The notes under the pieces: model-generated
Database searches by the model: none
Seen by the model: only the letters and a program-made list of their open reading frames with translations
What the model was told of the DNA's origin: nothing
Position numbers and translations under genes: made by a program
NCBI GenBank assembly: GCA_963666215.2
Contig: CAXWPL010000004.1
Location: 224,001-288,000 of the forward strand
Source of the DNA: Acidobacteriota bacterium
GTDB lineage: Bacteria > Acidobacteriota > UBA890 > WLXD01
Direction: 5' to 3'
Length of the DNA: 64,000 nt
In this document: positions 63,824 through 64,000 of the stretch, one piece after another
Position numbering within the stretch: position 1 is the stretch's first letter
How the letters are laid out: each line of letters opens with the position of its first letter

Positions 63824-64000
63824 GGCGGGAATCCTCCAGAGTGAGACAGGCCGGGCCTATCATAGGGGCTGCCGCGGGAGTCAATGTGAACCGGCCTGAC
63901 GTCGACCCGAACCGATTCGGAGATCTCTCGACCCGTGACAATGTCGAGTGCCCCGAGCATCGACCGGCGAGGCTGCGAGGGAAACTTCGAAAAGGTCGCG

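Overview
GC-rich bacterial chromosomal window. The gene style (ADOP/FtsX permeases, Ser/Thr kinase-PD40 fusion, CRTAC1/ASPIC protein, VPS10-like propeller) suggests Acidobacteriota or Gemmatimonadota, but this is inference only. Intact content includes the 3' part of dnaE2, many secreted hydrolases and peptidases, a complete IS481 with IRs and a 6-bp TSD, a tiny ribosomal protein bTHX gene, a TPP-riboswitch-controlled TonB receptor-PnuC-NadR-like kinase operon, pxpA divergent from pxpBC, a PQQ dehydrogenase-cytochrome c-TolB fusion and a full ccmABCDEFGHI operon. Most notable: (1) an AhpD/CMD-family gene split by an in-frame TGA exactly at the second Cys of its CxxC motif and followed by a hairpin, i.e. 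a likely selenoprotein missed by the ORF track; (2) more than 15 gene remnants produced by sharp deletions and nonsense changes, including an xdhC start fused to a CoxL-like tail; (3) an uncharacterised nucleotidyltransferase plus small repeat-protein pair. All calls come from reading motifs by eye; no database searches were run.
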